64,000 nt of DNA. Source: an uncultured Verrucomicrobiae bacterium. Its GTDB lineage: Bacteria; Verrucomicrobiota; Verrucomicrobiia; Chthoniobacterales; Chthoniobacteraceae. The translations under genes were made by a program, and so were the position numbers. The stretch spans positions 192,001-256,000 of the forward strand of contig CAWHEP010000008.1 of NCBI GenBank assembly GCA_963828525.1, in the 5' to 3' direction. Positions 1 through 10,653 of the stretch are shown in pieces. The first letter of the stretch is position 1, and each line of letters starts with the position of its first letter. The notes below the pieces were generated by a model, which had not been told where the DNA came from, did not search any database, and was given only the letters and a program-made list of their open reading frames with translations.

Positions 1-1
1 C

Positions 2-238
2 AACGCGGAGTATGTCTTCCCGCTTTATGGTGATATCCAGGGAGCGGTGTTTGCGGACGCTGGCAGCGTTGGCCGGAAAGTCTCAGATGGGGCTGGGGAC
101 CTGCGGTACGCTTTGGGAGGTGGCATCCGTTATAAACTTCCCATCGGCCCTCTGCGAATCGACTACGGGTGGAATCCAGATCGGAAGCCTGACGAGAGCG
201 TGGGCGCCTGGCAGATCACATTCGGAACGGCATTTTAG
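2..238 (+). CDS. BamA/TamA (Omp85) family outer-membrane protein, C-terminal end (partial)
   Basis: Open frame from the window edge; GGGIRYKLPIGPLRIDYGWN and terminal FGTAF are typical Omp85 C-terminal strands. Confidence 0.85.
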   Translation, partial: NAEYVFPLYGDIQGAVFADAGSVGRKVSDGAGDLRYALGGGIRYKLPIGPLRIDYGWNPDRKPDESVGAWQITFGTAF

Positions 239-361
239 AAGGCCAACGCGCGAGGTCGCAGCCACCCGTCCATAGTATCCCAAAAAAAACATCGCGCGCT
301 TTTGCCGGCTCCCGCGTCCTGTCTGAAACAGCTATGCCATCGAACGCGCTTTCCATGCATC

Positions 362-925
362 ATGACTCCTGATGAGCGGGAAGTCGTGGAAGCAGCGCTC
401 GCGGGCGGCGAAGCTGCCTTTGAGGCACTCATCCGCCTCTACAGCAGGCGAGTTTACGCAGTGGCCTACGCCATTTTACAAGACAGGTGCGAAGCCGAGG
501 ACACCGTTCAGGATACTTTCCTGAAAGCGTACAACACCCGCAGCCGACTGCGTGAGCCGGAGAAAATTGCGGAGTGGCTATGCATGATAGCGCGCAATCG
601 GGCTCGCGATCTTTTGCGGAAGCGCAGGGTGAGGAGCGCGCCGGAAGCACTCGCTACCGAGAACTGCTTCGAAATGCCGCCAATCGCGGGGAATGATGAT
701 GATCTTCATCTGCATCTCCGCTCTCTCCTGGCAAAGCTGCCAGAGACTCACAGGACAGCACTGACTCTTCGCTACATGGAGGATATGGATCACCGCTCCA
801 TCGAACAGACAATGGGCCTCACAAGTGGGGCTCTTCGCGGAATCCTCGGGCGAGCGCTCTCCAGCATCAGAAAGGGAATGAAAATACAGCCGCATCCATT
901 CGGCCCCGAGGCGGCAGTCCAATGA
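362..925 (+). CDS. ECF sigma-70 factor
   Basis: Region 2 AEDTVQDTFLKAY...WLCMIARNRARD and region 4 LPETHRTALTLRY; overlaps next gene by ATGA. Confidence 0.9.
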   Translation: MTPDEREVVEAALAGGEAAFEALIRLYSRRVYAVAYAILQDRCEAEDTVQDTFLKAYNTRSRLREPEKIAEWLCMIARNRARDLLRKRRVRSAPEALATENCFEMPPIAGNDDDLHLHLRSLLAKLPETHRTALTLRYMEDMDHRSIEQTMGLTSGALRGILGRALSSIRKGMKIQPHPFGPEAAVQ

Positions 926-2202
926 AGACGATCCATGACCATGTCGAGGAATTGGTCGGAGGCGCGTTATGCGGCGACCTTGCTGAAAACGAGCGAAGTT
1001 CTTTTGAAGCTCACCTCTCGGAGTGCGCTTCGTGCCGCAACTACTACCAGGAGCAGCAAAATATGAGCGTATTGATTGCGGCAAGTCTGAAAAATGAAGA
1101 GCCTTCCGCAGGCTTCGAAAACCGAATGGTCCAAGCTTTCCGAGGGCGGCCACAACCTTGGTTCTTGAGCCTCTGGACGCGGGTAGCGCGATCCTACTCT
1201 GTTCAACTCACCGCAGTGGCGGCTGTGCTGCTTGCCCTGGTCCAAATCGGGGCGTTGGTGACTCATGAGAGAGAAAACACGGCTGTCCAGAAGGGGGCAT
1301 CCACAATGGCGACGCTGAAACTGCCGCCTTCGAGGACACATCCAGCAAGCGTGGCGGCGGACTTGCCCGCTTCAGGGACAGTAGCCTTGAGCTTCGGCAT
1401 CGCGAACTCCTACTCTGGAAGCACGTCCTTTGCCGCGGGCACCCTCCAGAGCCAACCCGCGAAGAACCTGGAAGCGCCTTCATTTGCCGCAACCTCCCGG
1501 GCGGCTGCCGGCCAGTTGAACGTGAAGACGGCGCCTACCCAGGAAAAATCAACGCTTGCTGACGCTGGCAGGAGAGCCTCTCCGGAGATCTCCAGCGCCC
1601 TTCCGGTGCATATACCCCAGACCCCACCGGCCGCGACGACGGATGCCTCCCTGATGCGCGACTTGGGGCCGTTGAAGCAGCGCGCTCTGCGGACCGAGCC
1701 GCCGACAAGGCGAATTGTGGCGGGTGGCATCATTTCATCGGCGAGTCGCGCTCAAACTAATGCGCTCTCTGTCGACGCTGCGCCCGCATCTCCCTCCGTC
1801 AGGTTCCGGGCAGGCGATAAAGTGAAAGTCGCGGACGATTTCAAGGGCTCTTTGGCAACTGATGGAATTTCGAAGGCTCCCGCGGCCCAGGCTCAACTTC
1901 AGGTATTTAGTTCAGCCGGAGAAACCGCAAAAGCACGCGCTCCACTTCCTGCCATTCCGCCGCCTCAACTTCAGGCAAGTCATCCTACTGCAGTAACCAA
2001 CTCCGCTCCTAGCTGCGCACCGGCCGCATTTGAAGCAGGGCGCCATGTGCTGAGCTTTCTAGCCTGGAGCTTCCAGATGATGGGCGTGGCGATCGTCTTT
2101 CTGGCGCCTTGGGCAGCCGCAACCGCAGCGGCAATTGCTTTCCTGGCGTGGACCCTGCATCGCTTTCGAATCAGAAAGCAACGCGCGTCATCGAACCGAT
2201 AG
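922..2202 (+). CDS. Zinc-finger (ZAS/zf-HC2) anti-sigma factor with TM segments and a low-complexity Ala/Pro/Ser region
   Basis: HLSECASC (HxxxCxxC), a TM near aa 95-113, C-terminal TM; coupled to the ECF sigma. Confidence 0.8.
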   Translation: MKTIHDHVEELVGGALCGDLAENERSSFEAHLSECASCRNYYQEQQNMSVLIAASLKNEEPSAGFENRMVQAFRGRPQPWFLSLWTRVARSYSVQLTAVAAVLLALVQIGALVTHERENTAVQKGASTMATLKLPPSRTHPASVAADLPASGTVALSFGIANSYSGSTSFAAGTLQSQPAKNLEAPSFAATSRAAAGQLNVKTAPTQEKSTLADAGRRASPEISSALPVHIPQTPPAATTDASLMRDLGPLKQRALRTEPPTRRIVAGGIISSASRAQTNALSVDAAPASPSVRFRAGDKVKVADDFKGSLATDGISKAPAAQAQLQVFSSAGETAKARAPLPAIPPPQLQASHPTAVTNSAPSCAPAAFEAGRHVLSFLAWSFQMMGVAIVFLAPWAAATAAAIAFLAWTLHRFRIRKQRASSNR

Positions 2203-2216
2203 CGCGCCCATACCGC

Positions 2217-5075
2217 TTAACTTTCGGCTGTCTGAGCGATAGAGAGCTTCCTCTTTTCGTCGAGTATACGAGGATCGATCGGAGTCGTTGCCATTGGGAG
2301 GCTTTCGCATTTACCCCACTCCGTGACGAGAGGGCCTGCCTGGCCGAATAGGCACTCCCTCTGCATCCGGGCGAGGCCTCCCATTTTCCGCCGCAACTCA
2401 TCTTCGGGCACGTCGCTGAATACGTCGGCCATCCCGTTTTCCGATCGAATCACAGCCACCCGGGCGGAAGCGGCTCCCAGCGCTTTGGCAAGGAGGAGAT
2501 AGCTGGCGAACTGGAAACCGCTGCCTCTGTCGAGCGAGCCAAGGGTCGGGGGAGACGCTTTGCCTGTCTTGAAATCGATGATAAGCACATCCGCTCCCAC
2601 CATCCCGGCCCGGTCGGAAATGAGAAGGTCCACGCGGCCCTTCAGTTGCAGCAAACCTCCGTAGGTCTCCACATCTTCGCTGATGGAATGCTCCATGAGG
2701 AAGCAAGTGCCGGCATCCTTTGGAACAGCTGAGACGCATTTCCAGGCATTCCACGCGGCTTTGCGGAGAGTGGACTGCCACCACAGAGGCAGGACCAGGT
2801 TCTCCAGACAGAATAGATCCTCCAATCGCTTCCTTGTCTGGGCAACGGCTTCCTGGAGCGCGGAAAACAAATCACGCGAAACGGGCAGCGGCTTGTATTC
2901 GGCGCCGCCCGCGAACGCTTCCTTCAACCACGCATGCGCATGGGTGCCTACCATCCATTTCTCGCTCCGAGTGAACTCAGCCTCGTCCTCTGATTCAGCA
3001 TTGAAAAGGCGGGAGAGAGCCATCGACGCGGGCGAAGTCACCATGTCATCCACCGAGGTAGCGGACCATCGATCCTGCGGAAGACGACAAGCGCGGAAAT
3101 TGAAGTGATATTCGTCAAATGGAAGAGACGGGTCGCGGCGACTCGCGTGTATTGCAACCAGGTGATCGCGATCCGCGTCCGGGATGCTTGTGAAAGGCCG
3201 GGGGCAAATCCATGCGGACTGCCTCCAGGACTTTGATACGCTGGCGCAAGCGCTTTCGTCGGTCGCGCTCTCCACCATGCCACGGATCACCCATTCATTG
3301 GGATAAGCTTCCCGCGTTTCCTCACCCTCCTTGCTCGCAACCGCGGCCAAAGCAATCTGGCCCCGGCAATTTTCTATCAGATCCAGAAATTGCGATTGCT
3401 CGAGCGCGCTTCGATCAGGCGAGCCGAGGATGTAGCCGTGTTTTGCCGTCCGTCGCGCGTTGAGATCGCGGCATGCGGCATCATCCAGAAAGCAGTTCTC
3501 CGTCTGCTTGACGGGCCAATCGCCTTCGTTGCAATCGAGGAACACCAGTTCATCCCACGACTGGCGGCACGCCTGCGAAAAGGTGGTGATGACAACGCTG
3601 GCGTTCGGCCAATCCGCGTCCTTATGCCTCCGCAGGCGTGATCCAGAAAGAAGTTGCCGGAGGTATTCAAGGAACGACTCTGACGTCATTGATATATCCC
3701 CGCCTGGAAGTTCCGCGATGAGCGACCAGGCTGGCTCCATTGATTCCAGGCTGATTTCGAAGGCATTGACGGTAAGCTCCCACTTCAGCCTGGCTTCAGA
3801 CCACGTCATTTCGTCCGGCCAAAGCCCAAGGGCCTCCACCAGACCCCTCATCTGTTCAGATGCCTTCGCTGGCTCAAGAGAATGCACGAGCATCCTCGCA
3901 TTGCGTGTCTGGGAGATTTTGAACGCGCCATGCATGCAATCGCGCGCGTCTCGCGGATTCAGCCACGGCCAACTTCCGGACCCGCGCTCGTTGAGCAAAA
4001 CGACAAGTGCCAGGAGCGATTCAGCATCGCAACAGAGGAGGTGGTACCGGATGATTTCGAGTTGAATGAGGACCTCCGTCTCCGGTTCCTCGTTTTCCCC
4101 GGTGGCGTCGAAGATGCGGATGTCCGCATGCGCAAGAGTTCGCGCCATCTCGAGAGAAGATGGCCCTCTCCGAGGGGTGACGATGCCAAGCCGTTGTCCC
4201 AGGGGCATCGCCGCCACGCGCCGGACAACGTAATCACGAGCGAGGGTCATCTGGTCGAGCCATTGCGCGCCAACAAGAAAACGCGGAGCTTGCCCGTCAA
4301 AAGGGTCTAGATCGGTTGCTTCCAAGCGGGATACAAGCGGCTCATTCACCGACCGGAAGTCGCTCGCTTTGCAAGGCTCGGACTGCGTTCCGAGCTTTTT
4401 CTCGATCATTCTCACCCAGTTCTGCTGCAAAGTCTCCGTGGTCGAGCGTGGCAGGGCCTGGTAAAAATTAGATCGGATGCTCGCGCGAAACACCGCGTCG
4501 AGCAGCGGAAGAAACCCCCAGTAGGCGGCGTCCCATCCGACGAAGCAGGTATTCAGGCGTCCTCCTGACGTGAGTCCCGATGCGAGAAACAGTTCGTTGT
4601 CGAGCGCCGGGCCCCATGCCCTCGAATCCTCGAGAATCCGCGAGAGTTCCCTGGACGCTCCCGGCAGAACACTTGCGGCGCTGCCTCCCCATCCACAGCT
4701 CTCCAGTTGCTCGAGGGCGTCCAACCAATCCGCTGGCGAGTCCGCGAGCGAGCAGGAGTCGATCGTGGGCGCTCGCAAGGCATTCACCTTCAAGATGAAT
4801 TGCAAGGTTTCGCGGCCTAGCGCGCGTGTCTCAATGCCCAGGAGGGAGCAAAGTTCAAACCGCAGCATGGCAGGTTGAAGAAACCGGATCCCAAACAGGC
4901 AAACCCCATCCTGAAGGGCCCGTCGCTTAATCCATTGCGTCTGCCCAGCTGAGACGAGTGACATCCAGCATTCCTCCCCTGAAAGAACCTTTTCAGACGC
5001 ATCCTCGCACCACGCGCGGAGGCCATCTGCCCAGGCATCCTCCAGAAAACGATAGAGTTTAAAGGATGCGGGCAT
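2217..5075 (-). CDS. AddB/RecB-like protein with C-terminal PD-(D/E)XK nuclease
   Basis: 952 aa; LKGRVDLL...IIDFKTG...FQFASY RecB-family nuclease motifs; degenerate helicase-like segment LVFLDCNEGDWP. Confidence 0.75.
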   Translation of the reverse strand: MPASFKLYRFLEDAWADGLRAWCEDASEKVLSGEECWMSLVSAGQTQWIKRRALQDGVCLFGIRFLQPAMLRFELCSLLGIETRALGRETLQFILKVNALRAPTIDSCSLADSPADWLDALEQLESCGWGGSAASVLPGASRELSRILEDSRAWGPALDNELFLASGLTSGGRLNTCFVGWDAAYWGFLPLLDAVFRASIRSNFYQALPRSTTETLQQNWVRMIEKKLGTQSEPCKASDFRSVNEPLVSRLEATDLDPFDGQAPRFLVGAQWLDQMTLARDYVVRRVAAMPLGQRLGIVTPRRGPSSLEMARTLAHADIRIFDATGENEEPETEVLIQLEIIRYHLLCCDAESLLALVVLLNERGSGSWPWLNPRDARDCMHGAFKISQTRNARMLVHSLEPAKASEQMRGLVEALGLWPDEMTWSEARLKWELTVNAFEISLESMEPAWSLIAELPGGDISMTSESFLEYLRQLLSGSRLRRHKDADWPNASVVITTFSQACRQSWDELVFLDCNEGDWPVKQTENCFLDDAACRDLNARRTAKHGYILGSPDRSALEQSQFLDLIENCRGQIALAAVASKEGEETREAYPNEWVIRGMVESATDESACASVSKSWRQSAWICPRPFTSIPDADRDHLVAIHASRRDPSLPFDEYHFNFRACRLPQDRWSATSVDDMVTSPASMALSRLFNAESEDEAEFTRSEKWMVGTHAHAWLKEAFAGGAEYKPLPVSRDLFSALQEAVAQTRKRLEDLFCLENLVLPLWWQSTLRKAAWNAWKCVSAVPKDAGTCFLMEHSISEDVETYGGLLQLKGRVDLLISDRAGMVGADVLIIDFKTGKASPPTLGSLDRGSGFQFASYLLLAKALGAASARVAVIRSENGMADVFSDVPEDELRRKMGGLARMQRECLFGQAGPLVTEWGKCESLPMATTPIDPRILDEKRKLSIAQTAES

Positions 5076-5147
5076 GATCCGATCCTAACGCGCGAATCGG
5101 GCGTTCCAAGCTGTAACGCGACAGCCCATTACATCCAGGAGACGCGG

Positions 5148-7544
5148 CTACTGGATACCCCAGGTTTTGTTCGGCTGTGATCCCAGCACAAACTCCAGAG
5201 TTCCTCCGGCCGTGATCTCAGCATAGCTCAACCAGCAGCGGTTAAGAGGCTGACCGTTGAGCTGGGCGGATTGGATGTAGACATTCTCCGGAGAGTTGTT
5301 CTTCGCGGTGATGACGAACGTTCTGCCCTTCGAATATGCGGGATTGAGGTTCAGCGTCACCTTGTCGAAAACAGGCGTGAATATTTCGTAACGCGGATCG
5401 CCAGGACAGGCCTGGGCGAGGCCGCTCGCGCCCAGAACGTACCACGCGGAAACCTGGCCTTCATCATCATCGCCGCAAAGGCCATTCGGGCCGGCCCCGT
5501 AAGCTTCAGCGCACAGGCGGCGCACCCACTTTTGAGTGAGCCATGGGGCTCCGGCGCGGTTGAAGAGAAAGGGGATCAGGTGGCTCGGTTCGTTTGGCTG
5601 GTTTTCGTAGTCATTCCATTGGTTCAGCTTCGGGGTTCGGTCGAAGAAATCAGCAAGCTTGGTGACGAAAAGATCGTTGCCGCCGTTCAGCTTGATAAGG
5701 CCCGGTATATCCTGCGGGACAAACCACCCGTTCTGGAAGATGGAGGATTCCATACCGCCGTTCCCGGAGGTAAGTCCCTGCCATGGCGCCCACGCCCCCG
5801 ATTTGTCTTTGAGACAGAACCAGCCTTTCCAGTCGGGATGGCTCGTCTTGTCGGACTTCTTGTATGTCCATGGCTCGTCAGGATTGAAGAGGAGCGAGTA
5901 CTGCTGACCGCGGGCGCCATATTTTTTAGCGTCATCGCTTTTGCCCAGCCCATTTGCCAGCTGAGAAAGATTCCAATCGCAAAAATCGTTCTCCAGACTG
6001 ACGGAAAGCCCGTGCCCTCCAGGGGTGTAGCCCAGTGGCCCGTTCCAATCGCGTTCGCACGTATTCACCGCGTAGTTGTAAGCCGTCGGCACGTCGAAGT
6101 TGCGGATGCCCTTCTGGAACGCGTCGTTCACAATGATAACTTCAGGGCTGCCGCACATGCACCCTGTATAGGAGTTCATCATTTCCCAGCGATCATAGTA
6201 ACCAAGGTGGTTTTCGTTCACGAGGCTGACCATGCTGTTTACCTGATCGTTGATAATGTCGGGCGCGATGATCGTGAGGAGCGGAAACTGGCTCCGATAG
6301 ATATCCCAACCGCTGAACACAGTCCGTTTGATGTAACCCTTCGCCTGATGGACATTGCCGTCCGCGCCAGGGTAGTCGCCATTTACGTCGGAATAGATGC
6401 GTGGATCGATCAACCCATGATACATCGAGGTGGAAAAGATAGTCTTCTGCGCTTCAGTGCCGCCTTCAACTGAAATGCGGCTGAGAGCATGGGCCCAGAG
6501 AGCGTGCGCTTGCGAGCGGACGGCATCAAAATCCCAGCCAGGGATCTCGGCGGCGACATTGGCGCGGGCATTGTCAATGCTCACATATGAAATGCCAGCT
6601 TTGAGCATGATGACGTCACGATCCTGGGTCGGGAATTCCGCGTAGAAACCAAGGTGCTGACCTTCCTTTTCCCGGCAACCGGGAATCTTCTCGGCTGCCT
6701 TGCAGGCATCGGCGAACGCAGCCTTTAAGATGTCGCTGTGTCCGTAACTCCCCGGCGGGATCGTAGCGCTCCATACGCCATAGTTCTTCAGCGGCCTGCT
6801 GAACTCGGCATGGTAGTAGAGGGTGTAAGCCACTTTGCCGCCCATGAATCCTCCGCCCTTGTGGGTGCAATCAATCTGGCCTTCAATCGTGTGATCATTG
6901 GTGATCTTCACCGTCTGATGCAGGGATGTGCCACCAATCCGGCGGGCGAGATCTATCTGGACGCGAGAGGCTGGATTGGTGGGGAAAGTAAAGCGCAGGA
7001 TGCCGCTGCGCGGAGCAGCGGTCATTTCCGCGCGGATCTTGTAGTCGCTGAGCGTCACGGCGTAGTACCCAGCTTGCGCGACTTCGGATTCCTTCGTGTA
7101 GGAAGAAAGATAGCCGGACCCGGGTTTATCGGTTTCGCCATACCAGGTCTGGAGAGGCCCTGCCGTCGGCATCACCATGAAATTACCGAGGTCGCCGAAG
7201 GCCCCGACACCGCTCATATGCTGGAAGCTAAATCCCTGTATGGTGGTGTGTGGATAGCAATAGCCCGCGCCGTTGTCGCCGCCCGTGATCGTGTCTGGGC
7301 TGAGTTGCACCATGCCGGCGGGGGTGCATGCTCCTGGAAACAATTTGCCGTGGAATCCTTCAAAGTTGGGATCCATATTGGGCAGCTTGGCCTTCTCCTC
7401 CTTGGAAGGATTCATACTCGAAGCGCCGATGAAAGGATTCACATAATCGGCGGCATCCTTCGCACGGAGAATGAAGGAAGAGCTTGAAAGAGAAGCAATA
7501 GCGACGGTGAGGCAGAGTATCTTTGATCTGAGGGGGATGGTCAT
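5148..7544 (-). CDS. GH92 family alpha-mannosidase, secreted
   Basis: Signal peptide, YVNPFIG, PGACTPAGMVQLSPDT, GFSFQHMSGVG, SGWDIYR, NEPSH, GDDDEGQVSAWY; start reassigned to MTIPLRSK. Confidence 0.92.
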   Translation of the reverse strand: MTIPLRSKILCLTVAIASLSSSSFILRAKDAADYVNPFIGASSMNPSKEEKAKLPNMDPNFEGFHGKLFPGACTPAGMVQLSPDTITGGDNGAGYCYPHTTIQGFSFQHMSGVGAFGDLGNFMVMPTAGPLQTWYGETDKPGSGYLSSYTKESEVAQAGYYAVTLSDYKIRAEMTAAPRSGILRFTFPTNPASRVQIDLARRIGGTSLHQTVKITNDHTIEGQIDCTHKGGGFMGGKVAYTLYYHAEFSRPLKNYGVWSATIPPGSYGHSDILKAAFADACKAAEKIPGCREKEGQHLGFYAEFPTQDRDVIMLKAGISYVSIDNARANVAAEIPGWDFDAVRSQAHALWAHALSRISVEGGTEAQKTIFSTSMYHGLIDPRIYSDVNGDYPGADGNVHQAKGYIKRTVFSGWDIYRSQFPLLTIIAPDIINDQVNSMVSLVNENHLGYYDRWEMMNSYTGCMCGSPEVIIVNDAFQKGIRNFDVPTAYNYAVNTCERDWNGPLGYTPGGHGLSVSLENDFCDWNLSQLANGLGKSDDAKKYGARGQQYSLLFNPDEPWTYKKSDKTSHPDWKGWFCLKDKSGAWAPWQGLTSGNGGMESSIFQNGWFVPQDIPGLIKLNGGNDLFVTKLADFFDRTPKLNQWNDYENQPNEPSHLIPFLFNRAGAPWLTQKWVRRLCAEAYGAGPNGLCGDDDEGQVSAWYVLGASGLAQACPGDPRYEIFTPVFDKVTLNLNPAYSKGRTFVITAKNNSPENVYIQSAQLNGQPLNRCWLSYAEITAGGTLEFVLGSQPNKTWGIQ

Positions 7545-8100
7545 GGGAATTAGGGCTGGAAGACGAGGCGTGAACCGTGGATCACGGATGAACAGGAGGC
7601 AGGGGAACTTGAATCGAATATCGTATTCTGAAGCCGCCCGCAAGCTTCCTTGACGCGGTTGAAGCCCAGGTAGCGCGCCGCCTAGAGAGTTTCGGCGGCG
7701 CTTGCCATTCAGAGCATGGAGTCTATTACAGCAGCACCCGGGATAAATTCCCGCCCTCAAGCCTTGTGCATCGTTGTGCGAGTCGACCGCCAATTGCCAC
7801 GTTGCTGCGCCAATCATCGCCACGCCACGCGAAATTGTGACGAAGTTCTGCCATTGACGAATGTTCAAAACCGTCACCGCTTGCCCCGGTCTGGGGCAAG
7901 CGGGTTTGAAGGACGGAACCGCCCCTAAAACAATGCTATAAATCGCGTGGTCTTCGGCGGACGCTAAAAGGTCTACACATAGGGCAGCTTGTCAGGGGGC
8001 CGGAGACCAGCAAAACGAAGGGGTCTGCGGATGAACACGAACTCCGCGCGGTTCCTAGGACGATGGCTACAGTGAAAATGTGGGAGCGCATAAAAGCGGA

Positions 8101-9714
8101 TCAGCGCGTGAGGGTGACGTTATCCACCTCGTAAGGAACGGTGACATGGCCGCAGGTTTCACCCTCGAGAAAGACAAGTTCCGCGCCCTTGAGCCAGTCG
8201 GACGGGAGCGGATTATTCCCAGGTTTTGAATAGGTCATGTGAGACGTGGTGAAGTCTATGGGAAAGTGGATGTTGCCAGTTTCGCCAGAGCCGCTTTGTA
8301 GTATTTCATTCCTGGCCCGAGAGACCAGCGCCCATGACAAATTGCCGGGATTGTCTCCCGTGTTACCCCGCAGGGCGAGCGGCAGCTTGACGCAGGTCAG
8401 ATCAAGAACGACACCTCGTGGAGACAAGGAAACTCCCGTGATCTCGTAACGCTGGCGCGGCCACGTAAACACAGCCCCCGGTTCAAGCGGAATTGAACCG
8501 GCTACATAGGCGCGGTGAATTCCCAGTTGCACCTCGCCCTTGATGGTGACGCCAGTCAGGTCTTCTCCCGCCGGAAGCCGGGACGGCAGGTAAGTGAAGG
8601 CCCTGAGCGTGATCCCCGGTTTCCCGTAGCTCACTCCCGGAACGGCCGAGCGGACTCCAATTACATCAGCCTCGAACGGTAAGCCCATTAAACTTCCGAT
8701 GTCCTGGGCCGGCGCTATTTGGGTTTGCTCAACGACGGAATGAATGATTTTACCAGACCGAAACGTGGCGGTGGCTTTGGAGCCTATAACACGGTAATAG
8801 TAGGGCGGTTCTACGCACTCTACGCTTGGTCCGCGGACAACGGTGTGGTAGACGATGCCGGAATTCCATGCCATTTGCTCAGCTTGCTGACCGGAGGGAT
8901 AATTAGTAAGTCGAATGTTGCCACGCAGATGCGCCGGGATATTGGTCGCCCGGTCCGGGGCCATCCGACTCTCACCAATCTTTGCGGTTCCGACGCAGAT
9001 GATGAGATCAAGGATAATGCCGCCGATGACCAAGGCTAGAGGAAGGCCAAATCTACGAGTGCGATAGCGGAGCACCGCCGCAACCATTACCACGCCGATA
9101 AAGCCGCACCAACCGAGGAGCCTAATCAGGGCGCCCCACCAGAGTTGCGCAGGATTGAGATCGGGAGCAGCCATCGCAACGCCTGGGAAAATCACGCGGA
9201 GATAAGCAAAGAGCAGGATCGCCATAAAAAAGAGGCCAAGCGCAAAAAGCACGTGGGAATTCTTCCGGAGAAAAAGCGCAAACAAAACGACGAGGGCAAT
9301 GGCGGCGCCGAAATGGATGGTAGTTTCCATCAGGAGACAAAGATGGTCGAGCGGCTGCTGTGGCATGCGTAACACGGCGTAGTCGAGTTCCTGAAAACCC
9401 CATCCGCTAATAACCAGAAAGAGGCCAAGAAAGAGAAACTTGGCGAAGAAAACCGCTTCGCCGGGAACGGGCCGTGTGGAAAGAAATCGCAAATCGCGGC
9501 CCGGCCAATCGAGTTGAATGAGATCGATCGCGAGAAAAAGACCAATCAGATATGGGGAAAGAGCGGGCAGCGCGACATACAAAACGGACGCCGTTTCCCT
9601 CCAAAAGAGGGCAATTGCGATCAACAAACCGATTCCCAACAACATACCCAGCGGCCATACATACCTCCGCGCGTCTTTTATAAAGATGAGGCGAACAGCC
9701 GCTCCGGTGGTCAT
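8101..9714 (-). CDS. ABC-2-type permease with large extracytoplasmic C-terminal domain
   Basis: Multi-TM N-half, RFLSTRPV motif, coupled to the ABC ATPase; paralogue of 10654-12333. Confidence 0.7.
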   Translation of the reverse strand: MTTGAAVRLIFIKDARRYVWPLGMLLGIGLLIAIALFWRETASVLYVALPALSPYLIGLFLAIDLIQLDWPGRDLRFLSTRPVPGEAVFFAKFLFLGLFLVISGWGFQELDYAVLRMPQQPLDHLCLLMETTIHFGAAIALVVLFALFLRKNSHVLFALGLFFMAILLFAYLRVIFPGVAMAAPDLNPAQLWWGALIRLLGWCGFIGVVMVAAVLRYRTRRFGLPLALVIGGIILDLIICVGTAKIGESRMAPDRATNIPAHLRGNIRLTNYPSGQQAEQMAWNSGIVYHTVVRGPSVECVEPPYYYRVIGSKATATFRSGKIIHSVVEQTQIAPAQDIGSLMGLPFEADVIGVRSAVPGVSYGKPGITLRAFTYLPSRLPAGEDLTGVTIKGEVQLGIHRAYVAGSIPLEPGAVFTWPRQRYEITGVSLSPRGVVLDLTCVKLPLALRGNTGDNPGNLSWALVSRARNEILQSGSGETGNIHFPIDFTTSHMTYSKPGNNPLPSDWLKGAELVFLEGETCGHVTVPYEVDNVTLTR

Positions 9715-10601
9715 CGCTTTGTCTCCGATGAGGTATAAACGCTCAGGAGAATCTCCCTCAACGGCATGGAAACAAATTCGATGCCCGAGCCAAAACGGAG
9801 CCGCAGTTCCCCCTCGCGCTGATCAGAAAAAGCCGACTCTACGAACGTGAAACCATTCTCGGACTGGTTAGGCTGATGCATAGTGGAATCAAGCTGCGAG
9901 GCGACAACGGGTCCGAAGACTTGAGCGCGACGGTACCGCAACTGGAGAGATTCGAGCGGCTCGCTTACGGTGATAGCTCCATGATTGATGACTCCGATGG
10001 CGTCGGCCAGGCGCTCTACTTCAGCGAGGTCATGCGAGGCGCAGACCACCGACCATTGCTCTTGCCCCGTTGCTTCAAGCAGGCACGAGATGAGCTGCTC
10101 CTTGGCCACAACGTCGAGACCGGCAAAGGGTTCGTCGAGCAGGAGAAGACGGGGGTGGAAGGCCATGGCAAGAAGCAGGATGAATTTCATCCGTTCGCCT
10201 TTCGAATAATGGCCGACCTTTCGATCTAGCGGCAGGTCAAGCGCGCCGCAAAGCTGGTCGCAGAAAGCCGTGTCCCAGTTGGGGTAAAGCTGGCTGACGA
10301 AGCGGAGGAGTTCACTCCCAGTGAGCCAATTGTAAAGTGGCTGAGCTTCCGAAACAAAACCGATGGCCCGCCATTCCTCGACGCCCAGACGCAGAGAATC
10401 GACTCCAAGCGCTCGGGTTGTGCCTTGGCGAGGTATCAGCGCGCCCGCGAGAATTTTTAGGAGTGTGGACTTGCCCGCTCCGTTGCGACCAAGCAGGGCG
10501 TAGAAGGAGCCGGGCTCAACCGCAAGGTTCACGTCGCGCAGGACATCCTGGCGGCGGTGATAAGCGAAGGTAAGGTGTTCGGCTTCGATGACCGGTTTCA
10601 T
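9711..10601 (-). CDS. ABC transporter ATP-binding protein (YtrB-like)
   Basis: Walker A GRNGAGKS, signature YSKGE, Walker B LLLLDEP, SHD switch; start reassigned to MKPVIEAE. Confidence 0.92.
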   Translation of the reverse strand: MKPVIEAEHLTFAYHRRQDVLRDVNLAVEPGSFYALLGRNGAGKSTLLKILAGALIPRQGTTRALGVDSLRLGVEEWRAIGFVSEAQPLYNWLTGSELLRFVSQLYPNWDTAFCDQLCGALDLPLDRKVGHYSKGERMKFILLLAMAFHPRLLLLDEPFAGLDVVAKEQLISCLLEATGQEQWSVVCASHDLAEVERLADAIGVINHGAITVSEPLESLQLRYRRAQVFGPVVASQLDSTMHQPNQSENGFTFVESAFSDQREGELRLRFGSGIEFVSMPLREILLSVYTSSETKR

Positions 10602-10653
10602 ATGCGTTTTATTTTCTGGATCTATTTGTGGATGGTTCCTGGCGGCTTGGAAT

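Noticed and set aside
5271..6473. Long antisense ORFs (e.g. 400 aa opposite GH92; also 47462-48370 and 58481-59458)
   Set aside because: Shadow frames of well-supported genes in GC-rich DNA; no motifs
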